DNA of 64,000 bases, taken from contig OZ250173.1 in the NCBI GenBank assembly GCA_965238075.1, positions 32,001 to 96,000 on the forward strand, in the 5' to 3' direction. Position numbers and translations under genes: made by a program. Every line of letters starts with the position of its first letter. Positions within the stretch are counted from its first letter, which is position 1. The notes below the pieces were generated by a model that was not told where the DNA came from, did not search any database, and was given only the letters and a program-made list of their open reading frames with translations. The DNA is from Candidatus Entotheonellaceae bacterium (GTDB lineage: Bacteria; Tectomicrobia; Entotheonellia; Entotheonellales; Entotheonellaceae). This document shows, one piece after another, positions 20,739 to 30,583 of the stretch.

Positions 20739-21767
20739 ATGTATTTTGCCGCCATACCCTACACCTACTTGTTAGTCCTGATCCCCGTCGTACTGGCGTT
20801 GTACGTGTATGCCTTCGTCCGCAAGCGCCAGGCCCTGGCCACCTTTATGGACCCGTCGCTGATCTCGCGCCTTTTGCCTGGGCACAGCCGCAGACGGCAA
20901 TGGGTCAAGGCGCTGTGCATGGTTGGCGCCGTGGCCGCCCTGGTGGTGGCGCTGATGCAGCCGCAGTGGGGGATCGATTGGCAGGACATCCCGCGGCGCG
21001 GACGGGATCTCATCATTCTGCTGGACGTTTCGATCAGTATGAAAGCCCAGGACGTTTTGCCGAACCGTCTCGAACAGGCCAAGCAAGCGGTCAGGAAACT
21101 GGTGGAATACCTGCAGACAACGGGTGGGCACCGGCTGGGCTTGGTTGCCTTCGCCGGCAGGGCGAGTCTGCGATCCCCGATGACGTTGGACTATCCCTTT
21201 TTTCTCAAACGCCTCAAACAGGTGGGGCCGGAAACCGTCACGCGTGATGGTACGTCGATCGGCGCCGCCATCCGGCAGGTTCTTGAAGGCTTCAGCAAGA
21301 TCGAATACGAATATACTGACATCATCATTCTTACCGACGGCGAAGACCACAACAGCTTCCCCCTGGAAGCCGCCCGTCTGGCTGCAGCCAAGAAAATAAA
21401 CCTCTACACGGTCGGCATCGGCGACGCCAGTCAGGGTCACCTGGTGCCGATCAAGTGGACGGAAGAGGGTTTGCCCTACTTCGCCAAGTACAAGGGGCAG
21501 GCGGTACGTTCGCAGATGAACCAGAGCCTGCTGCTGGAAATGGCGCGGCTGACGGACGGCGCCTATCTGGCCGGCGGAACCCGCGAGGTGCCTCTCGATC
21601 GGCTCTACCGCGACGAGATCGCCGACAAGCCTCGGCGCAATATCGAGGTCTCCGAGCGCGAACACCTCATCCACCGCTATCACTGGTTTGTGTTGGCTGC
21701 CGTGCTGTTGCTTGCCGCCGACATGTTACTGCGCGAGCGGAAAATCCCCGTGGAGAGGCAGATATGA
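20739..21767 (+). CDS. VWA-domain membrane protein (BatB-like)
   Basis: MIDAS DVSISM, PNRL, LTDGEDH, terminal TM segments. Confidence 0.88.
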   Translation: MYFAAIPYTYLLVLIPVVLALYVYAFVRKRQALATFMDPSLISRLLPGHSRRRQWVKALCMVGAVAALVVALMQPQWGIDWQDIPRRGRDLIILLDVSISMKAQDVLPNRLEQAKQAVRKLVEYLQTTGGHRLGLVAFAGRASLRSPMTLDYPFFLKRLKQVGPETVTRDGTSIGAAIRQVLEGFSKIEYEYTDIIILTDGEDHNSFPLEAARLAAAKKINLYTVGIGDASQGHLVPIKWTEEGLPYFAKYKGQAVRSQMNQSLLLEMARLTDGAYLAGGTREVPLDRLYRDEIADKPRRNIEVSEREHLIHRYHWFVLAAVLLLAADMLLRERKIPVERQI

Positions 21768-22603
21768 GAGACAGAAAGGGACACATGACGAGTAAAGGCA
21801 TGCTGTTGGCGTTAGCAGTTCTGGTGCTGCTACCGCTTCATGTGCAGGCTGAATCGCCTTACAAGGCTGTGCAACGGGGCAACGAACTTTACGAGGTGGG
21901 TGAATACGACGCCGCAGGGCAGCATTATGCCAACGCCAGCGAGGCCCTCCCCGAGGCTGCCGAGATTTACTTCAACCAGGGAAACGTACTGTACAAGAAG
22001 CGCAAATTCCTCCAGGCCCTGGCGCATTACACGAATGCTTTGCAATCGGTTAACGGCGTTTTGGAAAGTCGCGTCAAGTACAATCTCGGTAACGTCGAGT
22101 ACCGCCGCGCCCTGATTGCGATGAGCACGCCGCAGGATTCCATGCTGCTGTTGCGGTCCGCTATCACCTACTACCGCGATAGCTTGGCGGTCGATCCGCA
22201 ACACCAAAACGCCCGCTACAATCTGGAGTTGGCGCATCGCCTGCTGCGCCAACTCTACGATGAATTACAAGAGGACCGGCGGGATAACCCCGATGACGGC
22301 CGTAATTCGGAACGGAAATCAGAAAAGGACGAGTCGAAGCAGCGGCAGTCTGAGCAACGCAACTCGCGGAAGGAAAGTAAGGAAGATGAGGGTCAGGCGG
22401 GCAGCGAGGCATCACGGAGCGTCATGGCCGACAGCGGTATGGAGGAGTCGCCAGAAGACATGGAAATGCCCGACGACCTGAGTCTGGAAGAAGCCGAAAT
22501 GAAACTAAACGAATTTCGTGATCGGACAAAAAAGATCGCGGAAATGCGCCAGGAATGGAAGAAGGCTCGCATGCGCGACGGCAAGGTGGAGAGATACTGG
22601 TAA
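21764..22603 (+). CDS. TPR protein (BatC/MxaK-like) with charged linker
   Basis: Signal-like N-terminus, YFNQGN / KYNLGN / ARYNLELA repeats, ends in VERYW. Confidence 0.8.
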   Translation: MRDRKGHMTSKGMLLALAVLVLLPLHVQAESPYKAVQRGNELYEVGEYDAAGQHYANASEALPEAAEIYFNQGNVLYKKRKFLQALAHYTNALQSVNGVLESRVKYNLGNVEYRRALIAMSTPQDSMLLLRSAITYYRDSLAVDPQHQNARYNLELAHRLLRQLYDELQEDRRDNPDDGRNSERKSEKDESKQRQSEQRNSRKESKEDEGQAGSEASRSVMADSGMEESPEDMEMPDDLSLEEAEMKLNEFRDRTKKIAEMRQEWKKARMRDGKVERYW

Positions 22604-22622
22604 TTCTGATTCTGCCGTAGTA

Positions 22623-22662
22623 AGGAAAAGGCGCCTACGCAGGGTTGTAGGCGCCTTTTCCT
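22623..22662. terminator. Intrinsic terminator-like hairpin
   Basis: aggaaaaggcgcctac...gtaggcgccttttcct inverted repeat. Confidence 0.7.
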
Positions 22663-22733
22663 CGTCATTGTTTCGGTGGGGCTGCCGATTTATCGACATC
22701 GTTCGTGCCCATTTACTTTGGGAGTTCATCATC

Positions 22734-23756
22734 ATGCGATTGGTCAATCCCCTGGCCCTGTTTCTATTGGTATTGGTGCCGCTGCTGCTGTACTTGCGTT
22801 ACCGGCGCCAGCAACCGGCGGTTATATCCTACCCGACGCTACAGGACCTGCGCCGGCTGCCGCGGTCGTTTGCGGTATGGCTGCACCGTGCGCTGCCGGT
22901 CCTGCGCGCGCTGGCGCTGATTTTGTGCGTTGTGGCTCTGGCCCGGCCGCAGTGGGGGTTCGAAACCACCGAGGTACGGCGCCAAGGCATCGCCATCGAC
23001 ATGGTCGTGGATATCTCCCGTAGCATGGCGGCGCAGGATTTGGAATTGGAGGGCGAGGAAAGGGACCGGCTGGAGGTGGTGAAGGAAGCGTTTCGTCAGT
23101 TTGTGCGGGGTGAAGGCGAAAGTGCCGGTGGGCGTGAGGGCGATCTGATTGGCATGGTGACGTTTGCGAAATACGCTGACGGTGTCAGTCCGCTGACGCT
23201 GGACCACGACATGCTGTTGTCGCTACTCGATCAGATCGAGATCGTCACCCAGCCGGAAGACAACGGCACCTCCATTGGCGAGGCGGTTGCCTTGGGGGTG
23301 GAACGCCTGCGTCAGAGCAAAACGACGAGCAAGGTGTTGATTCTGCTGACGGACGGCAGCAACAACGCGGGCCTTATGGAGCCTGTGGAAGCGGCCCAGA
23401 TTGCCAAGGCGCTGGGGATCAAGGTTTACACCATCGGAACCGGCAGGCACGGGACGGCCCCCGTGCCCATGCGGGCGCATGATGGCCGGAAAGTGATTCG
23501 TCGTATGCAGGTGTCGATCGACGAACGGACGCTCCGGCAGATTGCCCATCTCACCGGCGGGCAGTATTTTCGAGCCACGGACAGTGAAGCATTGAAGGAA
23601 ATTTATTCGGAGATCGACCGCCTGGAAAAGACCACCACGGTGGCGGAACACTACCAGCAATACATCGACTTCTTCCCCGCATTCCTGCTGTCCGGCCTGG
23701 GGCTCGTGCTGCTGGAAGCCGTGCTCGTCAACACCCGTTTGCGGACCGTTCCATAA
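22734..23756 (+). CDS. VWA-domain membrane protein (BatA/MxaC-like)
   Basis: ALARPQ, DISRSM, GTSIGEA, LLTDGSNN, TGGQYFRA, IDRLEK. Confidence 0.9.
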   Translation: MRLVNPLALFLLVLVPLLLYLRYRRQQPAVISYPTLQDLRRLPRSFAVWLHRALPVLRALALILCVVALARPQWGFETTEVRRQGIAIDMVVDISRSMAAQDLELEGEERDRLEVVKEAFRQFVRGEGESAGGREGDLIGMVTFAKYADGVSPLTLDHDMLLSLLDQIEIVTQPEDNGTSIGEAVALGVERLRQSKTTSKVLILLTDGSNNAGLMEPVEAAQIAKALGIKVYTIGTGRHGTAPVPMRAHDGRKVIRRMQVSIDERTLRQIAHLTGGQYFRATDSEALKEIYSEIDRLEKTTTVAEHYQQYIDFFPAFLLSGLGLVLLEAVLVNTRLRTVP

Positions 23757-23779
23757 TTCCCTAATCGATGGAAAGGTCT

Positions 23780-23805
23780 GTCACCCCGGCGCAGGCCGGG
23801 GTCCA
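23780..23805 (+). repeat. REP-like palindrome
   Basis: gtcaccccggcgcaggccggggtcca, near-identical to the reverse complement of 15127-15151. Confidence 0.75.
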
Positions 23806-23833
23806 GGGGTTTTGTGATGGCTGATGGCAGGTC

Positions 23834-23869
23834 ACGCCATTCCGGCATGCGCCGGAATGGCGTTTTTTT
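23834..23869 (+). terminator. Intrinsic terminator
   Basis: acgccattccggc-atgc-gccggaatggcgt followed by a T run. Confidence 0.8.
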
Positions 23870-24320
23870 ACTTGCGAAGGGTATTCAGCTCAAGGGCAAC
23901 ACCGGCAGTGCCGAGCGGTACCAGTCCCGGTGTGCTGGCAAACAACTCGCCGGGCACGACGGAGAGGACATCGCCGTCCTTGTCAGTGAAAGCCTGTACA
24001 ACGTAGGATTTCCACTTGCTGCGACCGGACATGTCGAAAGTCGGCGCGATACGGAATTCAACAGGCAGAGTGAACGTAAGCAAGATTGCATACTTTGCGT
24101 CAAGTTCGACGCCGTTTCCCGGATGGAACAGTTTGATAATCAGTCGGTCGGTGGGCGAGATGTGATGAGCGAGACCAGCGCGGATACGGATCGTTCCCTG
24201 GATCGTTTTCTTGGAATCATCAGCCGCCCAGGCGGCATTGAACAGCCATCCAACAAGCAGGCACACACCGCATACGAACCCGATTCCCGCCAATTGAGAC
24301 AGCCCTCGGTGGATCGTCAC
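23868..24320 (-). CDS. Exported hypothetical protein, weakly like the CcmI/CycH C-terminal Ig domain
   Basis: GTG start overlapping the upstream stop; signal peptide ending AWA; IQGTIRI...SPTDRLII...LPVEFRI. Confidence 0.55.
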   Translation of the reverse strand: MTIHRGLSQLAGIGFVCGVCLLVGWLFNAAWAADDSKKTIQGTIRIRAGLAHHISPTDRLIIKLFHPGNGVELDAKYAILLTFTLPVEFRIAPTFDMSGRSKWKSYVVQAFTDKDGDVLSVVPGELFASTPGLVPLGTAGVALELNTLRK

Positions 24321-24727
24321 TGAATGTAGATGTCCAAATTTCCGGCGCCCGTCCAGCCGGTGAACTGCACACGCGAAAAGCGGCGATGCACGGTGCTGAG
24401 GCGCTGGTAGAACTCTACCGTGAACGCCACTTGGATCTGGTCTCCCTCCTGCCCGAGCACCCGTACCCACGGGGCCATCATGTCTTCAAGTATTTTACCG
24501 TCGATATAGATGCACAGGTCCTCGCCGTTCTCGTTGCGCAGTTCCTTCCGTAATGCCTGAACGTCCTTGTCGGCGCGCTGCCCCGCCGCTGCTTGCCCGT
24601 AGGCTACCTGGCTGACGCAAACCCACGAGCCCCTGAGCAGCGTGTGCGGGCGGTCATCGTCGTGGTGGCCCTGGGCGACGCCCATCAGCAGGACGATAAG
24701 CAGCGTTGCGAGGCTTACGATATTCAT
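24317..24727 (-). CDS. Exported hypothetical protein
   Basis: Signal peptide, HHDDD segment, two Cys; co-directional with the cytochrome c gene. Confidence 0.6.
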   Translation of the reverse strand: MNIVSLATLLIVLLMGVAQGHHDDDRPHTLLRGSWVCVSQVAYGQAAAGQRADKDVQALRKELRNENGEDLCIYIDGKILEDMMAPWVRVLGQEGDQIQVAFTVEFYQRLSTVHRRFSRVQFTGWTGAGNLDIYIQ

Positions 24728-24762
24728 ACGAACCCCCACGGCCCACTCTTTTCTTGGCACGA

Positions 24763-25221
24763 TTAGTAGTCCTTCCAGATCGCCCCTTCCAGAGCGAGCG
24801 TTTCAAGATAGACGCCGATGTAGGAAATCTGTTCGGCATTCAGCACGCCGGCCCACGGCGGCATTTTCAACTTGGGTCTGCCGGCTATGACGATGGACAC
24901 GAACTGGCTGTAGCCGGCCCAGAAGCGGCGCAAGTCCTTGGCATAGCCGCCCCAGCGCGGCGAGCGGCCGTCGGCTTTCACCCCGTGGCACTGCACGCAC
25001 CAGGTAAAGTAGAGCTTGCCCCCTTTGAGGGCCGCGTCGCACTGCCCCGAGTAGGGATTTGACGACGGCACCGGATTTTCAGGGAACGTCAAGATGTTGG
25101 TTCCATCCGTGCACTCCTCGGCGGCCAGCGCATGGATGGGGCCGTGCACCACCAACAAGCTCATCACCACGACAACAGTGGCAAGAAACCGCACCCGAGT
25201 CATGCCCGAGTTGGTTATCAC
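24763..25221 (-). CDS. Monoheme c-type cytochrome
   Basis: Signal peptide, CVQCH, KMPPW distal Met. Confidence 0.9.
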   Translation of the reverse strand: MITNSGMTRVRFLATVVVVMSLLVVHGPIHALAAEECTDGTNILTFPENPVPSSNPYSGQCDAALKGGKLYFTWCVQCHGVKADGRSPRWGGYAKDLRRFWAGYSQFVSIVIAGRPKLKMPPWAGVLNAEQISYIGVYLETLALEGAIWKDY

Positions 25222-25270
25222 GGTTGTTTCTCCTTCCCTTACAGTCCACGAACATCTTGGCAGAAAGCAG

Positions 25271-25316
25271 AAAAAAACGGCGGGGCTGGAAAGCCTTGCG
25301 TTTCCAGCCCCGCCGT
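25271..25316 (-). terminator. Intrinsic terminator after the PQQ dehydrogenase
   Basis: acggcggggctggaaa...tttccagccccgccgt stem with a 7-T tail on the minus strand. Confidence 0.8.
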
Positions 25317-25329
25317 CGTCAGCCCGTGT

Positions 25330-27120
25330 TTACGGGAGCGCGAACGTGACGAGCGCTGCGGACGACTGATAGTTGACCATCTGGTCCCCGAACAGGGCCA
25401 GCACGGCGCCGGCAACGTAGGTACCATGGCCAACTACCATGGATACGTACTGCTTGCCGTCGGCGTCGTAGGAAATGATACCGCCGTTGTGGCCGGTACC
25501 GTTGTTGAAACGCCACAGGACGTCGCCGGTTTCGGCGTCCAACGCCTCTGCCCAACCGTCCATGGTGCCGTTAAACACCAGGCCGCTAGCGGTGGACATC
25601 AGCGCTGAGTGCGGAATGATGTCATAACGCTTGTCCCAGGTCAGCTCGGCCGTCACCGGGTTACGCGCCGTGATGCGTCCGTGCGCCTTTTCGCCAGGCG
25701 GATGCGTGCCCACCCATTCGGCAGCCATGAAGACCTGCGCGAACGGCTCGGTCACGCGGGTCTCGGTACCGAAGGAGATGGTGGTGCCGCCGCCCTCGGG
25801 GGCAACCGTCAGCCACATGCACCATTCGTTGACCACGCGATAGTGCAACCCGGTCTGCGGGTTGTACGTGCCGGCGTTCCAGCTATGGCCGCCATCGATA
25901 GCCGGGCAAACCAACGTGCGCTCGCCAGGCTTGGGCCACAGCATGTTCTCAAACTCGCCCGTTTCCAGATTGAAACCGCTCGTCCAATTTTGGCTCTTCT
26001 GGGCCGGGTACACGTTCACGGGCTTGCCGCTCTTGGGCTCGTGCACGTGGTTGAAACCGTTCTTGCCAGGGTGGAGAAGCAGGGTCTGGCCGTTGTCTTC
26101 GAACAGGACGTACTCGCCAGGAGAGGCGTCGTAGTCGTAGGGATCGCTCGGCGCTTCCTGAAAGTACCAATTCAGCTTGCCGGTATCCAGGTCCAAGGCG
26201 ATCGTGGAGGAGGTGTACAGGTTGTCACCCGGGCGCCAGCCGTTGGTGTTCGGGTCGCGGCACTGGTCACCGCAATAGTCGTAGTCAGGATCCGGATTGC
26301 TCGTGCCCATCAGGATCTGGTTGTTGGCGTAATCAACGGTGCCGGGCTGCCAGGAGCCGCCGCCGCCGTACTTCCACGAGTCACCGCCCCAGGTGGCGAG
26401 GGCTGCGGGGTCGCCGCGGCCCGTGGTGTAGAAGGTCCACTTCAAATCGCCATTCTGAGGATTGAGACCGAAGATGCGCCCCTCAATCGGATACTCGCCG
26501 CCGTTCTGACCGATGACGACCAGGTCGGAATTGACGAAGGTGGCGGAGCCGCTGAAGCCCGCGGTGTCCTTTTGAGAGTTGACCAGCTTGCGGTCCCACA
26601 TGATCTCGGCGGTGTTCTCGTCTATCGCCACCACGCGGCCATCGGCCAGGCCCATGTAGATACGACCGTCGCCAATGGAGGTGCCGCGGGAGTGAGCGAA
26701 AACGGAGCGCGCCACAACGGCCTCGTCCATCTCCGGTGTGAAGGCCCAGATGCGCTCACCCGTCGCGCCGTTGAGCTTCCAGATCGTGGACGGGTTGGCG
26801 GGGAGGTAAACATTGCCGCCGATGGCCAACGGCGTGCTGTGCAAGCCGCCATTACCGCTGCCGGTGGCGCCGCCGGGCAGGAAGATCCACGCCGGGCGGA
26901 GTTGGGACACGTTGTCCTTGGTGATCTGATCCAGCGGGCTGTGCCGCCAAGCCTTGTCGGTGGTGCGATGGTACGCGCACCAGTTCTCAGCCGGGCAGTT
27001 CCGGATGCTGTCAGCGCTCGTGCTGCCGTGGCTCATCGCCATCGCAGCCGGAGCCACAAACAGGCCGGCAATCGCCAGCAACACCAATGCCTTACCAAGT
27101 CTTTTCATTCCCTTGCACAT
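25330..27120 (-). CDS. Divergent PQQ-dependent dehydrogenase (methanol/ethanol superfamily)
   Basis: Signal peptide, SPLDQITKDNV, RPGDNLYTSS, DPYDYD, W-motif propeller repeats, DGKQYV. Confidence 0.92.
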   Translation of the reverse strand: MCKGMKRLGKALVLLAIAGLFVAPAAMAMSHGSTSADSIRNCPAENWCAYHRTTDKAWRHSPLDQITKDNVSQLRPAWIFLPGGATGSGNGGLHSTPLAIGGNVYLPANPSTIWKLNGATGERIWAFTPEMDEAVVARSVFAHSRGTSIGDGRIYMGLADGRVVAIDENTAEIMWDRKLVNSQKDTAGFSGSATFVNSDLVVIGQNGGEYPIEGRIFGLNPQNGDLKWTFYTTGRGDPAALATWGGDSWKYGGGGSWQPGTVDYANNQILMGTSNPDPDYDYCGDQCRDPNTNGWRPGDNLYTSSTIALDLDTGKLNWYFQEAPSDPYDYDASPGEYVLFEDNGQTLLLHPGKNGFNHVHEPKSGKPVNVYPAQKSQNWTSGFNLETGEFENMLWPKPGERTLVCPAIDGGHSWNAGTYNPQTGLHYRVVNEWCMWLTVAPEGGGTTISFGTETRVTEPFAQVFMAAEWVGTHPPGEKAHGRITARNPVTAELTWDKRYDIIPHSALMSTASGLVFNGTMDGWAEALDAETGDVLWRFNNGTGHNGGIISYDADGKQYVSMVVGHGTYVAGAVLALFGDQMVNYQSSAALVTFALP

Positions 27121-27550
27121 AATCTCTCCTTAGTGCAAATACCAAATCCATTTGTCGCCGAATTTCCTCCCCGTGCCGGAGAGGCGTCTCAACGATACTC
27201 GAATCCAATAGCCAAGCCCGACCTCAGTGTGAGTAGACTGCGGTTTATGTTTTGTCTATTGGACAGGTCGAACGTTTATAATCATCCCACCAGCCAACCG
27301 TGTCAAGCTCGTTTCCGCTTTGCCAGCCCAATCTGTGCGGTTGTTGTAATGTTAACCTCCGCGCCTATGGGCAAGTCACAGTTGTGGGATACAGGCAGTA
27401 GGCTATGATGTCCAATTGTCCCGACGCGATTCGTTCAGCCGGGTGCGTCCTTTATCTGGACCTATTGATCCGCAAGGAAAAGCCAAGCTACCCGCAACGG
27501 ATCTTCTGAGGATTATTCAACGCTGGTAGCCCTTTGAATGGATGTGAATT

Positions 27551-28798
27551 ATGAAAAGTGCAAAGATTATCTACGACATCATTTGGATGACAATCGCGAT
27601 TCTACTCGCCTCCTTCCTCACGGTCGTCTTTGATCTGCATGAGTGGCTTATTCAGTACACGCGCCCCTTCGAATCCTGGGAGCTCGATGAGACTCCCTTC
27701 TTCCTCTTTTTTGTGGCCCTGTCCTGTGCTTGGTTTGCCTATCGACGCTGCCGAGAATTGATCACGGAGATCGCCGAGCGCAGGCAGATCCAGAAGGCGC
27801 TCACGGACAGTGAAACCCGCTACCGTACCCTGGTAGAAGCCTCGGCTCAGGGCATTTATATATACCAGGAAGGCACCATACGGTTTGCAAACCGGGCGCT
27901 GGGCCGGCTGTTTGGCTGTGAAAGCGCCGAAGCGTTAATCGGGGAGCACGTGGAACAGCTCTACTCGCCTCATGAAGAGGCGCGTCTGACAGCCTACAAC
28001 ACTGCCGCTTTGGCGGGCCACGCCGAGCCGCGGCGTTACGAATGGCACGGCGTGCATCGGGACGGCGCCATGCTCTGGCTCGAAAGTCTTACGCTGCGCA
28101 TCACGTGGGACGGCGTCCCGGCCCTGATGGTTACGGTGCTGGACATTACGGAGCGTCGAGGCCAGGAACAGGAACGACGCAAGATCGCTTACGACATCCA
28201 CGACGGCATCGCGCAGTTGATGGTGGGCGCCCAGCACCATCTGGAGGCGTTCGATCACCTCTGGCGCGATGACGCTTCACTGGCCGAGGATCAGTTGGGC
28301 CGCGGCCGTGCTAAGCTCCGCCAGGCGATCGTCGAAACACGACGGCTGATGACTCAACTGCGCCCGGTCAGCCTCGAAACCCTGGGTTTGATTCCTGCCG
28401 TGCAGCAGTATCTGAACGAATTGGGCAAAGACGCTGGCTGGGAAATCGACTATCACGCTGAGGTCGCCGCCCTGAATCTCTCCCCGGACGGGGAAACCGC
28501 CCTTTTCCGCATTCTGCAAGAGGCGCTGACGAATGCCTGGAAGCATGCGCAGACGCCAAGGGTGCGTCTCAGCCTGCACACCGAAGGCGAAAAAGACGAT
28601 CTGCTGGTTGTATGTGTCCAAGATTGGGGAATAGGTTTCGAGCCCGCCCGGATCCACTCCGATGCCCAAGGGATCGGCCTTATGGGCATGCGTGAGCGCT
28701 CTCGACAACTGGGTGGGGTATGCAGCATCGAGAGTCGCCCCGGCCGCGGCACGACTGTGCGGCTGCGGATTCCCCTGCAGCATGGAGAAGCCACATGA
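27551..28798 (+). CDS. PAS-domain sensor histidine kinase (HisKA_3 type)
   Basis: Two TMs, PAS, IAYDIHDGIAQ, QEALTNAWKHA, DWGIGF, GLMGMRER. Confidence 0.92.
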   Translation: MKSAKIIYDIIWMTIAILLASFLTVVFDLHEWLIQYTRPFESWELDETPFFLFFVALSCAWFAYRRCRELITEIAERRQIQKALTDSETRYRTLVEASAQGIYIYQEGTIRFANRALGRLFGCESAEALIGEHVEQLYSPHEEARLTAYNTAALAGHAEPRRYEWHGVHRDGAMLWLESLTLRITWDGVPALMVTVLDITERRGQEQERRKIAYDIHDGIAQLMVGAQHHLEAFDHLWRDDASLAEDQLGRGRAKLRQAIVETRRLMTQLRPVSLETLGLIPAVQQYLNELGKDAGWEIDYHAEVAALNLSPDGETALFRILQEALTNAWKHAQTPRVRLSLHTEGEKDDLLVVCVQDWGIGFEPARIHSDAQGIGLMGMRERSRQLGGVCSIESRPGRGTTVRLRIPLQHGEAT

Positions 28799-29460
28799 GT
28801 CTGCGGGAACAGCGCCGCATTCAGGTCGTGATAGCCGACGATCACCCGGTGGTGCGGGAAGGCTTGCGGAGCGTCCTTTTGACGGCTGCGGACATGGAGG
28901 TTATCGGCGAGGCCGGTACGGGAGCGGAGGCGGTGGCGCAAGCGCAGGCGCTGCAGCCGGAGGTCATGCTGCTCGACATCCGCATGCCCGATGGGAATGG
29001 CCTGGCAGTCCTGAATCAGATCAAGGCGGTGTCGCCCGATACCAGCGTCATCATGGTGACCATGCACGACAATCCTGATTACATTTCCCGCGCCGTTGCA
29101 GCTGGTGCCGCCGGGTACGTTCTCAAGGAGGCAAATCGCCACGATCTCCTCACGGCAATTCGCACGGTGCTCAATCCATCGGCGGCGCCCACCCCTGTCC
29201 TGTTGAGCAAATCTCAACGGGTGCCGTTCAACGCCGCACAGACGGCGGCGCCGTCCGGCCCCACGTCGCTTAGCTCGGTCGAACGCGAATTGCTGTTGCT
29301 GCTAGCGGATGGGCTCAGCAATAAAGAAATCAGCTTGCAGTTGCGCTGCAGCTTGGGCACCGTCAAGAATTATCTCCAGCATATTTTCACCACCCTTCAG
29401 GTTTCAGACCGCACCCGCGCAGTTGTAGAAGCTATCCGCCTCGGGCTCATTGATCCGTGA
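28795..29460 (+). CDS. NarL/LuxR-family response regulator
   Basis: ADDHPVVREG, LDIRMP, GLSNKEI, TVKNY. Confidence 0.93.
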   Translation: MSLREQRRIQVVIADDHPVVREGLRSVLLTAADMEVIGEAGTGAEAVAQAQALQPEVMLLDIRMPDGNGLAVLNQIKAVSPDTSVIMVTMHDNPDYISRAVAAGAAGYVLKEANRHDLLTAIRTVLNPSAAPTPVLLSKSQRVPFNAAQTAAPSGPTSLSSVERELLLLLADGLSNKEISLQLRCSLGTVKNYLQHIFTTLQVSDRTRAVVEAIRLGLIDP

Positions 29461-29692
29461 GATTGTAGCCACCTGGCCACAACGTCTTGGCCAGACGGCT
29501 TCATTGCGGATTTGCGCCCTCTTTCGCCGTTGCCGATTTATCACAGACATGGGTATATGGTGATGCAGGAAGCCGCTTTAACTCTTGACTGCGCGCTTCG
29601 GGAAGGTCTGAGGAAATCGCTCAGATGCGGGCTGTGTGCTGATACCCTCAAATTCTCATTCCGGCGCAAATCCTTTGCGTTCGGGAAGCTAC

Positions 29693-29718
29693 TGGACTCC
29701 GGCTTCCATCGGAATGAC
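29693..29718 (-). repeat. REP-like palindrome (degenerate)
   Basis: tggactccggcttccatcggaatgac. Confidence 0.6.
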
Positions 29719-29810
29719 GGGAACAGGCAGTCCGCCGATACCGTCAGAGGTTGCGGACTTGGGCAGATTTATTCTGACCTTCCCCTAAAAACGGAGCACG
29801 TGGGCGAGCG

Positions 29811-30563
29811 ATGAGCGAACGTTTGACTGACATACGGGATGCGAACTTCGGGTACGGCCGCACAAGTGTCTTGCAAGGCGTGCAATTCTCCCTTGCGGCG
29901 GGAGATTTCGTCGGCCTTGTCGGGCCTAACGGCGCGGGCAAGACCACCTTGTTGCGCGGCTTGTTGGGCCTGATCAAACCGCAGCGTGGAGAGAGGCGGA
30001 TCAACCCCCCTGACGGCGCTGCCGACGTGGTATTCGGCTATGTGCCGCAGGAAAAGGCGGTTGATCCGTTTTTCCCGTTGTCGGTGCTCGACGTGGTGCT
30101 CATGGGGCGCTACCGGCTGCTCGGGCCGGGCCGGCGTCCGACGCTGGTGGATCGGCGTGCGGCACTGGCGTGTCTCGGCCACGTGCAACTTGAGCATCTT
30201 GCTGACGCGTCCTTTCAGGATTTGTCAGGCGGTCAGAAACAGCGGGTCCTTCTGGCCCGTGCTTTGGCCACCGAGCCGCACGTTCTGGTGCTCGATGAAC
30301 CAACCAGCGCCATGGACCTGGCAGCTGAAAAACGGCTCATGGCCGTGATTAGCGAGCAGCACGAGGCCCGAGGGCTGACGGTCATGCTGGCAACACACGA
30401 CTTGAACCTGATCGGTCGCTACGCTTCCAGAATTGCCCTTGTCGCGGGGGGGCGGGTTATCAGCGGCTCGCCAACGGAACTTTTGGAGACCCGGCAACTC
30501 AGTGAGGTATACGGCGTCGAGGTGCAGGTGCACGAAGTCCAGGGTCGGCGGTTAATCGTCTGA
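29811..30563 (+). CDS. Metal ABC transporter ATP-binding protein (ZnuC/MntA-like)
   Basis: GPNGAGKT, GYVPQ, LSGGQKQRV, LDEP, THDL. Confidence 0.93.
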   Translation: MSERLTDIRDANFGYGRTSVLQGVQFSLAAGDFVGLVGPNGAGKTTLLRGLLGLIKPQRGERRINPPDGAADVVFGYVPQEKAVDPFFPLSVLDVVLMGRYRLLGPGRRPTLVDRRAALACLGHVQLEHLADASFQDLSGGQKQRVLLARALATEPHVLVLDEPTSAMDLAAEKRLMAVISEQHEARGLTVMLATHDLNLIGRYASRIALVAGGRVISGSPTELLETRQLSEVYGVEVQVHEVQGRRLIV

Positions 30564-30583
30564 GGCTACGGAGAGTCAACGCC

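Noticed and set aside
25609-27408. 599-aa plus-strand ORF
   Set aside because: Antisense shadow of the PQQ dehydrogenase with no motifs; expected in GC-rich DNA.
29460-29810. Possible metal riboswitch or Zur/Fur box upstream of the ABC importer, and ORF 29512..29814
   Set aside because: I could only see a REP-like remnant; no recognisable riboswitch or operator consensus by eye.
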